From Nemertoderma westbladi (taxonomy: Eukaryota; Animalia; Xenacoelomorpha): 64,000 bases of DNA. The stretch spans positions 874 to 64,873 of the forward strand of contig JAUCBJ010007442.1 in NCBI GenBank assembly GCA_032718475.1, in the 5' to 3' direction. The first letter of the stretch is position 1. The number at the start of each line of letters is the position of its first letter. Under the pieces are notes generated by a model that did no database searches, was not told the DNA's origin, and was given only the letters and a program-made list of their open reading frames with translations. Below, one piece after another: positions 26,523 to 38,555 of this stretch. Position numbers and translations under genes: made by a program.

Positions 26523-26552
26523 TACAGTGTATGTACGTACAAGCTGTATCAC
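24417..26552 (-). CDS. Uninterrupted non-LTR reverse transcriptase ORF (711 codons), copy 1
   Basis: KSPDK, SYRPISSIS, QLAYQSG, LDISAAYDGV, GIKQGSILSPALFNYY, GYADDILL, FLGVNI. The first codons (GTG) lie in the satellite. Confidence 0.92.
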   Translation of the reverse strand: MIQLVRTYTVCTCIHDTAYEYIPKKQHKKKSNNIRVRNKKLLERCQTSKKLYNIWCERGKDSGDTFGQMFQDSKRATRHLKNWLTKQHLSKRIDHLIGSYRHNPSGFWNFVNNKRKDTTAESMRGPLTDYLCNQLQKDSSQPKNINSLLEKLSSACSQTEAPVISEKLVERTILLLNRNKSPDKQMMTVEHLLYSEKEVVCYHVTKLLNESISLGCLPDFFGETVVTCIYKGKKKDVCAPSSYRPISSISIFGKVLEGVLLREYLFLEPSPQQLAYQSGIGSDVILSAVLECIEHYRRHGSGVYVCQLDISAAYDGVDQIKLFQRMSDVINPYICRILVVYYQLSRLFININGLVSENGFTMLNGIKQGSILSPALFNYYTNGMFTNIYSCNGQSKIGCRIYNELFSALGYADDILLMASCPRDMEKLATRIETHITKLGLRLEDSKINWIYLSPWNTAENKPPPTLFLNGRHHDMSQSITFLGVNIQRSWQNNVNVLANTIQALAILADRFHKQGWTTKHYPVEKVALLWRSIALSSFLYRHKYSIGALKKFEKAKLDAYYRQKLRGLLHLGPYVSNETLNHLFGTDSLSVGAYRSCLGTLLRGLSTPNYNLQVIFRLGVQNNALGNPGTYQGLGGTLRYAIQEHSLPSIKSLCNYQYCHKSLKERLSPPEVSAVSQMSANFISNTFSIPGVSFRSKHKHIKEYFRIFEL

Positions 26553-28883
26553 TATTAGTTAGTTATGTAATAGTTATCTACAGTGTATGTACGTACATGT
26601 AATAGTTACCTACAGTGTATGTACGTACATGTAATAGTTATCTACAGTGTAGTATGTACGTACATGTAATAGTTATCTACCGTGTATGTACGTACATGTA
26701 ATAGTTATCTACAGTGTATGTACGCACATGCTGTAGCAATATAAGTTAGTTATGTAATAGTTACCTACAGTGTATGTACGTACATGTAATAGTTATCTAC
26801 AGTGTAGTATGTAAGTACATGTAATAGTTATCTACAGTGTATGTACGTACAAGCTGTAGCACTATAAGTTAGTTATGTAATTGTTACCTACAGTGTATGT
26901 ACGTACATGTAATAGTTATCTACAGTGTATGTACGTACATGTAATAGTTATCTACAGTGTATGTACGTACATGTAATAGTTATCTACAGTGTATGTACGT
27001 ACATGTAATAGTTATCTACAGTGTATGTACGTACATGTAATAGTTATCTACAGTGTATGTACGTACATGCAGTATCACTATTAGTTAGTTATGTAATAGT
27101 TACCTACAGTGTATGTACGTACATGTAATAGTTATCTACAGTGTATGTACGTACATGTAATAGTTATCTACAGTGTATGTACGTACATGCAGTATCACTA
27201 TTAGTTAGTTATGTAATAGTTATCTACAGTGTATGTACGTACATGTAATAGTTACCTACAGTGTATGTACGTACATGCAGTATCACTATTAGTTAGTTAT
27301 GTAATAGTTACCTACAGTGTATGTACGTACATGTAATAGTTATCTACAGTGTATGTACGTACATGCAGTATCACTATTAGTTAGTTATGTAATAGTTGCC
27401 TACAGTGTATGTACGTACATGTAATAGTTATCTACAGTGTATGTACGTACATGCAGTATCACTATTAGTTAGTTATGTAATAGTTACCTACAGTGTATGT
27501 ACGTACATGTAATAGTTATCTACAGTGTATGTACGTACATGCAGTATCACTATTAGTTAGTTATGTAATAGTTATCTACAGTGTATGTACGTACATGTAA
27601 TAGTTACCTACAGTGTATTTACGTACATGTAATAGTTATCTACAGTGTATGTACGTACATGCAGTATCACTATTAGTTAGTTATGTAATAAACACCTACA
27701 GTGTATGTACGTACATGCAGTATCACTATTAGTTAGTTATGTAATAAACACCTACAGTGTATGTACGTACATGTAATAGTTATCTACAGTGTATGTACGA
27801 CATGTAATAGTTATCTACAGTGTAGTATGTACGTACAAGCTGTAGCACTATAAGTTAGTAATTTAATAGTTACCTACAGTGTATGTACGTACATGTAATA
27901 GTTACCTACAGTGTATGTACGTACATGTAATAGTTACCTACAGTGTATGTACGTACATGTAATAGTTATCTACAGTGGATGTACGTACAAGCTGTATCAC
28001 TATTAGTTAGTTATGTAATAGTTATCTACAGTGTATGTACGTACATGTAATAGTTATCTACTGTGTATGTACGCACATGCTGTAGCACTATAAGTTAGTT
28101 ATGTAATAGTTACCTACAGTGTATGTACGTACAAGCTGTAGCACTATAAGTTAGTTATGTAATAGTTACCTACAGTGTATGTACGTACAAGCTGTAGCAC
28201 TATAAGTTGGTTATGTAATAGTTACCTACAGTGTATGTACGTACATGTAATAGTTATCTACAGTGTAGTATGTACGTACATGTAATAGTTATCTACAGTG
28301 TATGTACGTACATGTAATAGTTATCTACAGTGTAGTATGTACGTACATGTAATAGTTATCTACAGTGTATGTACGTACATGTAATAGTTATCTACAGTGT
28401 ATGTACGTACAAGCTGTAGCACTATAAGTTAGTTATGTAATAGTTACCTACAGTGTATGTACGTACATGTAATAGTTATCTACAGTGTATGTACGTACAT
28501 GTAATAGTTATCTACAGTGTAGTATGTACGTACAAGCTGTAGCACTATAAGTTAGTAATTTAATAGTTACCTACAGTGTATGTACGTACATGTAATAGTT
28601 ACCTACAGTGTATGTACGTACATGTAATAGTTACCTACAGTGTATGTACGTACATGTAATAGTTATCTACAGTGGATGTACGTACAAGCTGTAGCAATAT
28701 AAGTTAGTTATGTAATAGTTACCTACAGTGTATGTACGTACAAGCTGTAGCACTATAAGTTAGTTATGTAATAGTTACCTACAGTGTATGTACGTACATG
28801 TAATAGTTATCTACAGTGTAGTATGTACGTACATGTAATAGTTATCTACAGTGTATGTAGGTACATGTAATAGTTATCTACAG

Positions 28884-31605
28884 ATTAGATTATCGCGCAA
28901 ACGCGCGCAGCACCAGTCTAGCTGGCATTTATTCAAACAGTAAAAACTTAAAAATCATCAAAACATTAAAACCGCATTGAAAGTGAAGGTTAAAATGTAC
29001 AGTAATAAAATGGTAGGTAAGTTACCGTTAAATGGGGTTACACAGCACGGCATTCTAAATGCACCCAAAACCAAAAAGCATCACGTCTTTTCCCTACCCT
29101 AATTGTGAAATGACATTAAAACCACAAATATCAGGATATATAATAGACCTCGTGTACTAAAATCCTGCTAGGTTTAAAATTAAACAATTGAATCAAGCAA
29201 AATCAAACATAACACGATCAAAATCGAGAAATCTGCACTGGGTACTGGGTAGACTCCTACTAGATTTACATTTAGAAACCCGAGAAATCTGCACTGGGTA
29301 CTGGGTGGGTAGTCTCCTACCGCTAAAATGCACGACATACTGTATGGAACCCAAGATCGCGAAAATACAGAGGGTAAATCTCCTTAGATCTAGAAACTGC
29401 ACAAGTACAGGGTGATCTACTTGGTTTACATAACAAAATAGGCTACTAAGTGCACGACATAATGCAACTTAAAATGGAAAATTAACAGGCTATCATATCT
29501 CATAATTCAAATATTCTGAAATATTCTTTTATGTGCTTATGCTTTGAACGAAAAGATACACCTGGTATTGAAAAAGTGTTTGAAATAAAATTAGCTGACA
29601 TTTGAGAAACTGCTGAGACTTCTGGGGGAGATAGTCGTTCCTTAAGCGATTTATGGCAGTACTGATAGTTGCACAGCGATTTAATCGAGGGAAGACTATG
29701 CTCTTGTATGGCATATCTTAACGTGCCCCCTAAGCCTTGATACGTCCCTGGATTTCCCAACGCGTTATTTTGAACACCCAACCTAAAAATCACTTGTAGA
29801 TTGTAATTGGGAGTAGATAGACCTCGCAGTAGGGTCCCAAGACACGATCTATAGGCTCCCACAGATAAACTATCTGTTCCAAACAGATGGTTTAGTGTTT
29901 CATTCGACACATACGGCCCCAAGTGAAGCAAACCTCTCAGCTTCTGGCGATAATATGCATCTAACTTGGCTTTCTCAAATTTCTTCAGAGCACCAATCGA
30001 GTATTTGTGTCGGTATAAGAACGAGGATAAAGCAATTGATCTCCATAAAAGTGCCACTTTTTCCACTGGATAGTGTTTGGTAGTCCAACCTTGCTTGTGG
30101 AATCGATCAGCCAATATTGCCAGAGCCTGGATTGTATTAGCCAACACATTTACATTATTTTGCCAAGACCTTTGGATATTAACACCAAGGAAAGTTATCG
30201 ACTGTGACATATCATGGTGTCGACCATTTAAAAACAGAGTTGGAGGCGGTTTATTCTCCGCTGTATTCCAAGGAGATAGATATATCCAATTTATCTTCGA
30301 GTCTTCCAACCGCAGCCCTAGTTTGGTTATGTGTGTTTCTATACGAGTTGCCAACTTCTCCATATCCCGTGGACAACTTGCCATCAGAAGGATGTCATCA
30401 GCATATCCAAGAGCACTAAACAACTCATTATATATTCGGCAACCAATCTTACTTTGACCATTGCATGAATAAATATTTGTAAACATCCCATTTGTGTAAT
30501 AGTTAAACAGGGCTGGAGATAGAATGGACCCTTGTTTTATTCCATTAAGCATAGTGAAACCATTTTCCGATACAAGGCCATTTATGTTAATGAAAAGACG
30601 ACTAAGCTGATAATAAACAACCAGAATTCTACAGATGTACGGATTGATGACATCGGACATCCTCTGAAACAATTTAATCTGGTCGACTCCGTCATATGCC
30701 GCCGAGATATCCAGCTGACAAACGTATACTCCAGATCCATGCCTGCGATAATGTTCTATACACTCAAGTACAGCACTGAGAATTACATCACTGCCAATTC
30801 CCGATTGATAAGCCAACTGCTGAGGACTGGGTTCCAGAAAAAGATACTCCCTAAGTAATACTCCTTCGAGTACCTTGCCAAATATGCTGATAGATGATAT
30901 TGGACGATATGACGATGGTGCACAAACATCCTTTTTCTTCCCTTTGTAGATACAGGTGACTACAGTCTCCCCAAAGAAATCAGGCAGGCATCCTAGAGAT
31001 ATGGACTCATTTAATAACTTTGTTACGTGGTAGCACACAACTTCTTTCTCCGAATATAAAAGGTGCTCTACAGTCATCATCTGCTTGTCTGGGGACTTAT
31101 TTCTGTTGAGAAGTAAGATTGTCCGTTCAACCAACTTTTCAGAAATGACTGGTGCCTCAGTTTGACTACAAGCTGAACTTAGCTTCTCAAGTAAACTATT
31201 TATATTTTTCGGTTGAGAACTGTCCTTTTGTAGCTGATTACATAAATAGTCGGTGAGAGGACCTCTCATGGATTCAGCCGTGGTATCTTTCCGTTTATTA
31301 TTTACAAAATTCCAAAATCCACTTGGGTTGTGTCTGTAACTGCCAATTAAATGATCAATGCGCTTGGATAAGTGTTGCTTGGTGAGCCAGTTTTTAAGGT
31401 GCCTCGTTGCACGCTTGGAATCTTGAAACATCTGTCCAAAAGTGTCACCCGAATCCTTACCCCTTTCACACCAAATATTATATAACTTTTTAGATGTTTG
31501 GCATCTTTCCAGTAATTTTTTATTTCGCACCCTGATATTGTTCGACTTCTTTTTGTGCTGTTTCTTGGGTATATATTCATAGGCAGTATCATGTATACAC
31601 GTACA
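28884..31605 (-). mobile_element. Same non-LTR element, copy 2 (5083 bp downstream)
   Basis: Same junctions and identical predicted protein as copy 1. Confidence 0.9.
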
Positions 31606-31635
31606 TACAGTGTATGTACGTACAAGCTGTATCAC
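29500..31635 (-). CDS. Uninterrupted non-LTR reverse transcriptase ORF, copy 2
   Basis: Translation identical to 24417-26552. Confidence 0.92.
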   Translation of the reverse strand: MIQLVRTYTVCTCIHDTAYEYIPKKQHKKKSNNIRVRNKKLLERCQTSKKLYNIWCERGKDSGDTFGQMFQDSKRATRHLKNWLTKQHLSKRIDHLIGSYRHNPSGFWNFVNNKRKDTTAESMRGPLTDYLCNQLQKDSSQPKNINSLLEKLSSACSQTEAPVISEKLVERTILLLNRNKSPDKQMMTVEHLLYSEKEVVCYHVTKLLNESISLGCLPDFFGETVVTCIYKGKKKDVCAPSSYRPISSISIFGKVLEGVLLREYLFLEPSPQQLAYQSGIGSDVILSAVLECIEHYRRHGSGVYVCQLDISAAYDGVDQIKLFQRMSDVINPYICRILVVYYQLSRLFININGLVSENGFTMLNGIKQGSILSPALFNYYTNGMFTNIYSCNGQSKIGCRIYNELFSALGYADDILLMASCPRDMEKLATRIETHITKLGLRLEDSKINWIYLSPWNTAENKPPPTLFLNGRHHDMSQSITFLGVNIQRSWQNNVNVLANTIQALAILADRFHKQGWTTKHYPVEKVALLWRSIALSSFLYRHKYSIGALKKFEKAKLDAYYRQKLRGLLHLGPYVSNETLNHLFGTDSLSVGAYRSCLGTLLRGLSTPNYNLQVIFRLGVQNNALGNPGTYQGLGGTLRYAIQEHSLPSIKSLCNYQYCHKSLKERLSPPEVSAVSQMSANFISNTFSIPGVSFRSKHKHIKEYFRIFEL

Positions 31636-34600
31636 TATTAGTTAGTTATGTAATAGTTATCTACAGTGTATGTACGTACATGTAATAGTTATCTACAGTG
31701 TATGTACGCACATGCTGTAGCAATATAAGTTAGTTATGTAATAGTTACCTACAGTGTATGTACGTACATGTAATAGTTATCTACAGTGTAGTATGTAAGT
31801 ACATGTAATAGTTATCTACAGTGTATGTACGTACAAGCTGTAGCACTATAAGTTAGTTATGTAATTGTTACCTACAGTGTATGTACGTACATGTAATAGT
31901 TATCTACAGTGTATGTACGTACATGTAATAGTTATCTACAGTGTATGTACGTACATGTAATAGTTATCTACAGTGTATGTACGTACATGTAATAGTTATC
32001 TACCGTGTATGTACGTACATGTAATAGTTATCTACAGTGTATGTACGTACAAGCTGTATCACTATAAGTTAGTTATGTAATAGTTACCTACAGTGTATGT
32101 ACGTACATGTAATAGTTATTTACAGTGTATGTACGTACATGCAATAGTTATCTACAGTGTATGTACGCACATGCTGTAGCAATATAAGTTAGTTATGTAA
32201 TAGTTACCTACAGTGTATGTACGTACATGTAATAGTTACCTACAGTGTATGTACGTACATGTAATAGTTATCTACAGTGTATGTACGTACAAGCTGTAGA
32301 ACTATAAGTTAGTTATGTAATAGTTACCTACAGTGTATGTACGTACATGTAATAGTTACCTACAGTGTATGTACGTACATGTAATAGTTATCTACAGTGT
32401 GTGTACGTACATGTAATAGTTATCTACAGTGTATGTACGTACATGTAATAGTTATCTACAGTGTATGTACGTACATGTAATAGTTATCTACAGTGTATGT
32501 ACGTACATGCTGTAGCACTATTAGTTAGTTATGTAATAGTTACCTACAGTGTATGTACGTACATGTAATAGTTATCTACAGTGTATGTACATACATGTAA
32601 TATTTACCTACAGTGTATGTACGTACATGTTGTAGCACTATAAGTTAGTTATGTAATAGTTACCTACAGTGTATGTACGTACAAGCTGTAGCACTATAAG
32701 TTAGTTATGTAATAGTTACCTACAGTGTATGTACGTACAAGCTGTAGCACTATAAGTTAGTTATGTAATAGTTACCTACAGTGTATGTACGTACATGTAA
32801 TAGTTACCTACAGTGTATGTACGTACATGTAATAGTTACCTACAGTGTAGTATGTACGTACAAGCTGTAGCACTATAAGTTAGTTATGTAATAGTTACCT
32901 ACAGTGTATGTACGTACATGTAATAGTTATCTACAGTGTATGTACGTACATGTAATAGTTACCTACAGTGTAGTATGTACGTACAAGCTGTAGCACTATA
33001 AGTTAGTTATGTAATAGTTACCTACAGTGTATGTACGTACATGTAATAGTTATCTACAGTGTATGTACGTACATGTAATAGTTACCTACAGTGTAGTATG
33101 TACGTACAAGCTGTAGCACTATAAGTTAGTTATGTAATAGTTACCTACAGTGTATGTACGTACATGTAATAGTTATCTAGAGTGTATGTACGTACATGTA
33201 ATAGTTATCTACAGTGTATGTACGTACAATCTGTAGCACTATAAGTTAGTTATGTAATAGTTACCTACAGTGTATGTACGTACATGTAATAGTTACCTAC
33301 AGTGTATGTACGTACATGTAATAGTTACCTACAGTGTAGTATGTACGTACAAGCTGTAGCACTATAAGTTAGTTATGTAATAGTTACCTACAGTGTATGT
33401 ACGTACATGTAATAGTTATCTACAGTGTATGTACGTACATGTAATAGTTATCTACAGTGTATGTACGTACATGTAATAGTTACCTACAGTGTAGTATGTA
33501 CGTACAAGCTGTAGCATTATAAGTTAGTTATGTAATAGTTACCTACAGTTTATGTACGTACATGTAATAGTTATCTACAGTGTATGTACGTACAAGCTGT
33601 AGCACTATAAGTTAATTATGTAATAGTTACCTACAGTGTATGTACGTGTACATGTAATAGTTATCTACAACAGTGTATGTATTTACGTACATGCTGTGGC
33701 AATTTAAATGGGGATTTTCTGTGTTTTGTTTAGGGTATGCAAAGGCCCCATGTGTCTCTTAGTGTAAAAGAAAGCGATGTATTTAAAAAAAAATGTTAAA
33801 AACAGACAAGTCATCTGGGCGAGACAGTTTATACCCTCGGTATAAGCGCCATATCAAGGGAAATGATCTATCAGGTGATGTAGGTCAAAGCAAAATTCCT
33901 ATTTAAAACAAAATGTTTGAATTTCGCAGAGAAATAACGGGAATAAACTGTTTTTACTTCTCTAAAATTATCTAAACAGCTATAATATATTATTTTACCC
34001 TATTTAAAATTCACGGTGGATGTATAAAATCAGGTATGCAATATATTTGTAATATAATAATAATTAACACATTCTCAACACTTTCTTCAAGTCAATATTA
34101 CTGAAAACTAACGCAATTTCTGGGAAAAGAATTGTATATATACAAGAAAGGTCAATGATCATGTGATGCACCGGCGGTATGACTATTAGGACCTATACTG
34201 TTATGATACGTTATCAGAAAAACGTATCATAAAGTGACGGATTCTTCATAAGACTTATCATATATATCTTATTTAAAATCATTATGTTCTTACCCCTCAG
34301 ACTAAACAAAATTATACTGTTCTGTATATCTGCTATATAGCTGTCTAGTATCTGATATCTGTCTCAATAATTTCATAAACTACCTCCTGTGCATGCAATT
34401 TAATTGTTCCCTGAGAGACACAAACTTAGTTAAGTTTCATAAACGTAGAAACACACATTTAAAACCGAGATTAGTGAAATATCGACTAACAAAATGCACA
34501 ACATAACCCTCAAAACTCTAGCATTCATGCCCGTCTTTGCTGGCGTACTAATGAGCTTAGAGCGATCTTTGAAAACTCTGTAGACAACATTTTTTGGTTT

Positions 34601-34654
34601 CTTCAGCCTCAGCGTCATCGATAACGATGTATAAATTTGATGGATCGTTAGAAT

Positions 34655-34724
34655 GATAGATTTATTTATACATTATGTAAAAACAATAACAAATACACCA
34701 AACAATGTACCGGTATAAAGGTAT
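34655..34724 (-). repeat. Dispersed ~70-bp repeat, probable LINE/SINE 3' end; second copy at ~55170-55246
   Basis: ATAGATTTATTTATACATTATGTAAAAA(A)CAATAACAAATACACCAAACAATGTACCGGTATAAAGGTA at both loci; on the minus strand it ends in AATAAA plus an (ATCT)n tail. Confidence 0.7.
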
Positions 34725-34935
34725 TGTCCAACATAACATATAGGATTACCCCTAAAGCTTTGCAGCTTATTTCCAAGGGGGTCCTTTATGCTACTTGGTT
34801 ACAAATACAATATTACACAATTACACTATGCTAACCTAAAATCAATGTAAAATATAAACTTAACGTACAACGAGACAATACTCAGACTCAACAATATAGA
34901 TGTAACTAACTATGTACAGTACATTGATTACAATT

Positions 34936-35300
34936 GTAGGGCTGAGCATAAAAAGGTCCTGTGATAAAAGTGTCATTCTGAGATAATCACACTTTTGCGT
35001 TTTTTTTTTACCTCCACATTACAGTTGATGTTAGCAATCTGTATTTTTGCATGCAAGTATATAGATGTACTTCAAAATCTTTACTTTCAAAAAAATTTAA
35101 AAATTTTCAAAATTGTTTTGCATATATCAGGCAGTATTGTACATAAGACCTTTTTTGTTTATGCAGTATTATTGCAGTATTGTTCATATGATCCGAGAAC
35201 CTTGTTGGTAAGATAAGTTAGGTCGCATAGGACCTCTGTTTGAGTATAACTCTGATTCTAAGAAAAATGTCACATAAGACCTTTTTATGCTCTGCCCTTC
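34936..35300. mobile_element. MITE, 365 bp, ~25-bp imperfect TIRs, AATT TSD
   Basis: Left end GTAGGGCTGAGCATAAAAAGGTC; reverse complement of right end GAAGGGCAGAGCATAAAAAGGTC; AATT on both flanks. Confidence 0.8.
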
Positions 35301-36507
35301 AATTTATAAAACGTAATTACACTATACAACTTTACGGAGAGCGTGGCAATGCCCGACACAACGATAAAGATGTAACTATGCTTATCTATGCTTATCTATG
35401 TAACTATGTATGATTTGTGTCTACTGTTAAGGGGGGGGGGGTAGCATCCTTTTGGACTTGCTCCACGGTTTTGCTTATAGCAAGGACAATTTTGATTTCT
35501 AGACCACATTATTTGGTCCAAGGCTCCTACAGATGTTGCTCTTCATGTTTCTGGAAAAAAATTTATTTTTAATTAAAATGATTAAATTTTTAATCGAATT
35601 ATTTACATTTTTAATTAAAATTAATTGAAACCCTAATGCTTTAGATCTACTTTCCATGGGAATGTAAGATTTGGTAATAATGCTTTCAATAAGGTATAAA
35701 TTGAAAGCTTTCAGCTCTGATTTTGAAAATTTCCAAAAATGGCCACTAGGTGGCGCTACAAATTTGCACATCAGTTGAACCGATCTTTTATTGGGAAAAA
35801 CAAGATTGTTTTCAAATAATTTGAAAATTCTGACCTGGAAGTTTTGTCGAGAAGTGCGCTGCTGACATCATATCCAAAATTCAGATCAATAGCTTCAAAA
35901 ATGACAGACTAGTAGGGTTTTGAAGAGAAAAAAAACCATTCTGAGATAAATGCCTTCAAAGTTCAAATGAAGAGATTTTTCAATATATTTTCGAAAGAAT
36001 CACTTCTTTCGAAATGATTTCAACAGAATTTCCAACAAAAATATGCACAGGGGGGTTTTCGACACCGGGGAATAACATGGCCAGGTTATTTTTTCAATCC
36101 GATGTCCGTGTGTCCGTCTGTCCATCTGTCTGTCTCACTGACTGTGACCAGTAGCATTGCAATTTAGCATGAATTCAGCTAAAAATATGAATAGATTTTC
36201 AGTAATGGAGAGAAGCATGGCAGGTTGTTTTTTAAATCCGTGGGTTAGTTATGTGGATCTGCTCTAGTCTTTTTGTCATTACAGACAGACAGACAGTCTG
36301 TCTGTCTGTCTGTCTGATATTTTGATCAATTATGATACACAGCTTGGCTGAATACAGTATAAAACAAAATAGCAAATAAACCATCTATTTGGCAATCACA
36401 GTTTTATTCATTCTGAAAAATACTGTATAATGTATAGGCCTCTAATCCTAAGCCAAATATATAAACCCAAACACGATTTCATAGTCTTGAGGAACCTACT
36501 AGTGTTC

Positions 36508-38555
36508 TTACATAGCATCCCCGAAGCCACCTGGGATATATGCTTGGTCATCACCGGCTAGTAGACCAGCCTTCTTAGACTTGCTACCTTTCCTGGAGTA
36601 TTTGGCACGTTTCAACTTTCGAATCGAGCCAGCGATCCTTCTACTGTCACTCCTCTGAGCCAACACCGTGGCTGCCGATGTTTTTTCGATAGTCTGTTTG
36701 GACAACTTGTCGAGGACAAGGTTCCTAGCTGTAGCACCCTCATTGAAGGCAAGGACTCCAGCTGCAACTGCTAAAGATATGCGCTGTCTACCCCAAAACT
36801 TATGTTTGGGAGCTCTTGCCCAGATGAGGCTATTGAAGGATTCACTAACGTTCTGCGTATATCCGGGAACACACCGCCTGAGCAGGTTAATATCTGATAA
36901 CCGTCTATACACAGGCAACAAAAGAGATAAGAATATTGGGTCCAAGTGGTAGTCTTTGTCTATGTGTTTCCCATCCTTTTTGTATGAACACCAGTTATTA
37001 TCTGGGCAGAATTTATGGACATCTTCATCAGTTCCATGGCGTATCCCATGCCTAAACGATGCTAGAAAGAATGTTTCTCTTCATTGTCTGGACACACGCC
37101 GAAATTTCCACCTGGGTTCTAGCTGACCTGTCGATGGACGATCTAATGGCGTTGCCATAGTAACGGCTCAGTCTTTCTATAGTTGATAGAGTCAGTCTAT
37201 GCTTCGCACCACCAATAAACTTTCCATCTGCGAGTTTGCCCTTGTGTGAGTCCTTCAAATCGCGTAGAGCCTTTCCAAGTCTCTTCTTGACGTGGTTTAC
37301 GCAGTCAATCTTGTTTACGCGTTTAAACTGGACATCCCCAGTGTCATGCTTCGCCCAGATCGCCTTACCCGTGTCAGATTCATTGAAGAGAAGTTTCTCC
37401 TTATTTGATTTCTTGCTGTAAGTTTCGCAATCGTTACAAGATCCGTATATATCAGCAACGGCATTGTATGCCGTTGAATCTCCATCACAGACTACAGATG
37501 TATAACTGAGTCCATGACTATCAGAGTCCTTTCCATCAACAGACTTCTGAAATAGTTCTATGGCTATGTCTGCTTCCATAGACCCGCTACTGCTTGAGTA
37601 TCTGCCTGGACATTGCGGTATATGGTTTTCCATAAATGAAATATATGACTCTGAGTCTTTAGGATATGGGGCAAATTCACAAGCATTGCAAATTTTATTT
37701 CTCATTGCGTAGTCTAGAATTTTTCCAGTTGCCATCCCAATGACTGCTCCCACCCCACTGTTTGAGGTATGCCCACGGGTACCCCATGTGCCATCGAAAG
37801 AGACAGTGACCTAAAACAATATAATTAGTGAAAGTGAAATTTATTCTCAACAATAACAATAATAGTAACAACAATTCACAACTACACATACCGGTAGCTC
37901 GGCAATAAAAATATTCAAAGTATTATTTAGTACGATAAAAGTAGTGTGTAGTATTTATTCAGTATATAAATAGGAGTATTTAGTGAAGTATATAGAACAG
38001 TACATGAGTATTTATGTGATGTTGTATTTATTTATTTATATATAACTTACGATATTACTACCGGTACATACATTATATATTCATACTAGCTGATTAATAC
38101 CCGTAGGCGTAGAGCCTAGGACAGTGTGCGTGTATGCAAAGATAAACAAACAAACACACACACAGACAACGACGACTTGCCACACAGCCTATACCACTCA
38201 GAGTACTCAATTATATATTCTGTTGAATTTTTAGCCCAATCTGACAGGGGGAAAATAGATCGCTGATGTGTAGATGGACAAACACACATACACACACATT
38301 TTTAACCACCCTATGGTACCCCATGTCCGACAAATGGACAGAGACAGACATTGGCGGCTGAACCGAGAATTATAGATCTACCGGTATACAATATATTATT
38401 ATCCTACATACAGTACAGTACTTACATCTGAACCAACTTTGAGCTTCAACGCCTTTCGCGCTTCACTCATCTTCTCCTCTGCCAGATTAGACACAACTGC
38501 GTTGATCTTATTGATGTTGAATGTCCATGTTGAATTTGCTAATGTGCACGGCATT
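36508..38555 (-). pseudogene. Spliced DDE transposase, frameshifted and 5'-truncated; exons 38555-38426 and 37810-36508
   Basis: ...LKVGSD|gtaagt...ttttag|VTVSFDGTWGTRGHTSNSGVGAVIGMATGKILD; CDGDS; DCVNHVKKR (CxxH); frameshift near 37065; HKFCP..WC; TQNVSESFNSLIW. Confidence 0.85.
38084..38378 (+). mobile_element. Possible short non-autonomous Helitron/Helentron-like element in the transposase intron
   Basis: Starts TACTAGCTGATTAATACCCG, has a short hairpin and AAAC/AC microsatellites, ends ...TATAGAT. Resemblance only. Confidence 0.3.

Larger units (their letters stand above)
15565..33700. repeat. Composite satellite of a 32-bp unit plus an optional ~24-bp unit, interrupted by retroelements
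   Basis: Units GTAATAGTTA(T/C)CTACAGTGTATGTACGTACAT and GC(TG/AG)TA(G/T)CACTAT(A/T)AGTTAGTTAT-like; palindromic core ATGTACGTACAT. Blocks at 15565-15773, 18474-23800, 26523-28883, 31606-33700. Confidence 0.98.
35431..38555 (-). mobile_element. Truncated DNA transposon (Kolobok/Mutator-like DDE); only one terminus present
   Basis: Putative terminus TTAA|GGGGGGGGGGGTAGC at 35427-35445; transposase exons inside; cut by the LTR at 38556. Superfamily and boundary are inferred. Confidence 0.65.

Noticed and set aside
26523-26552. Satellite-supplied start codon for the RT ORF
   Set aside because: The ORF-track 'M' is a GTG in satellite sequence; there is no evidence it is used.
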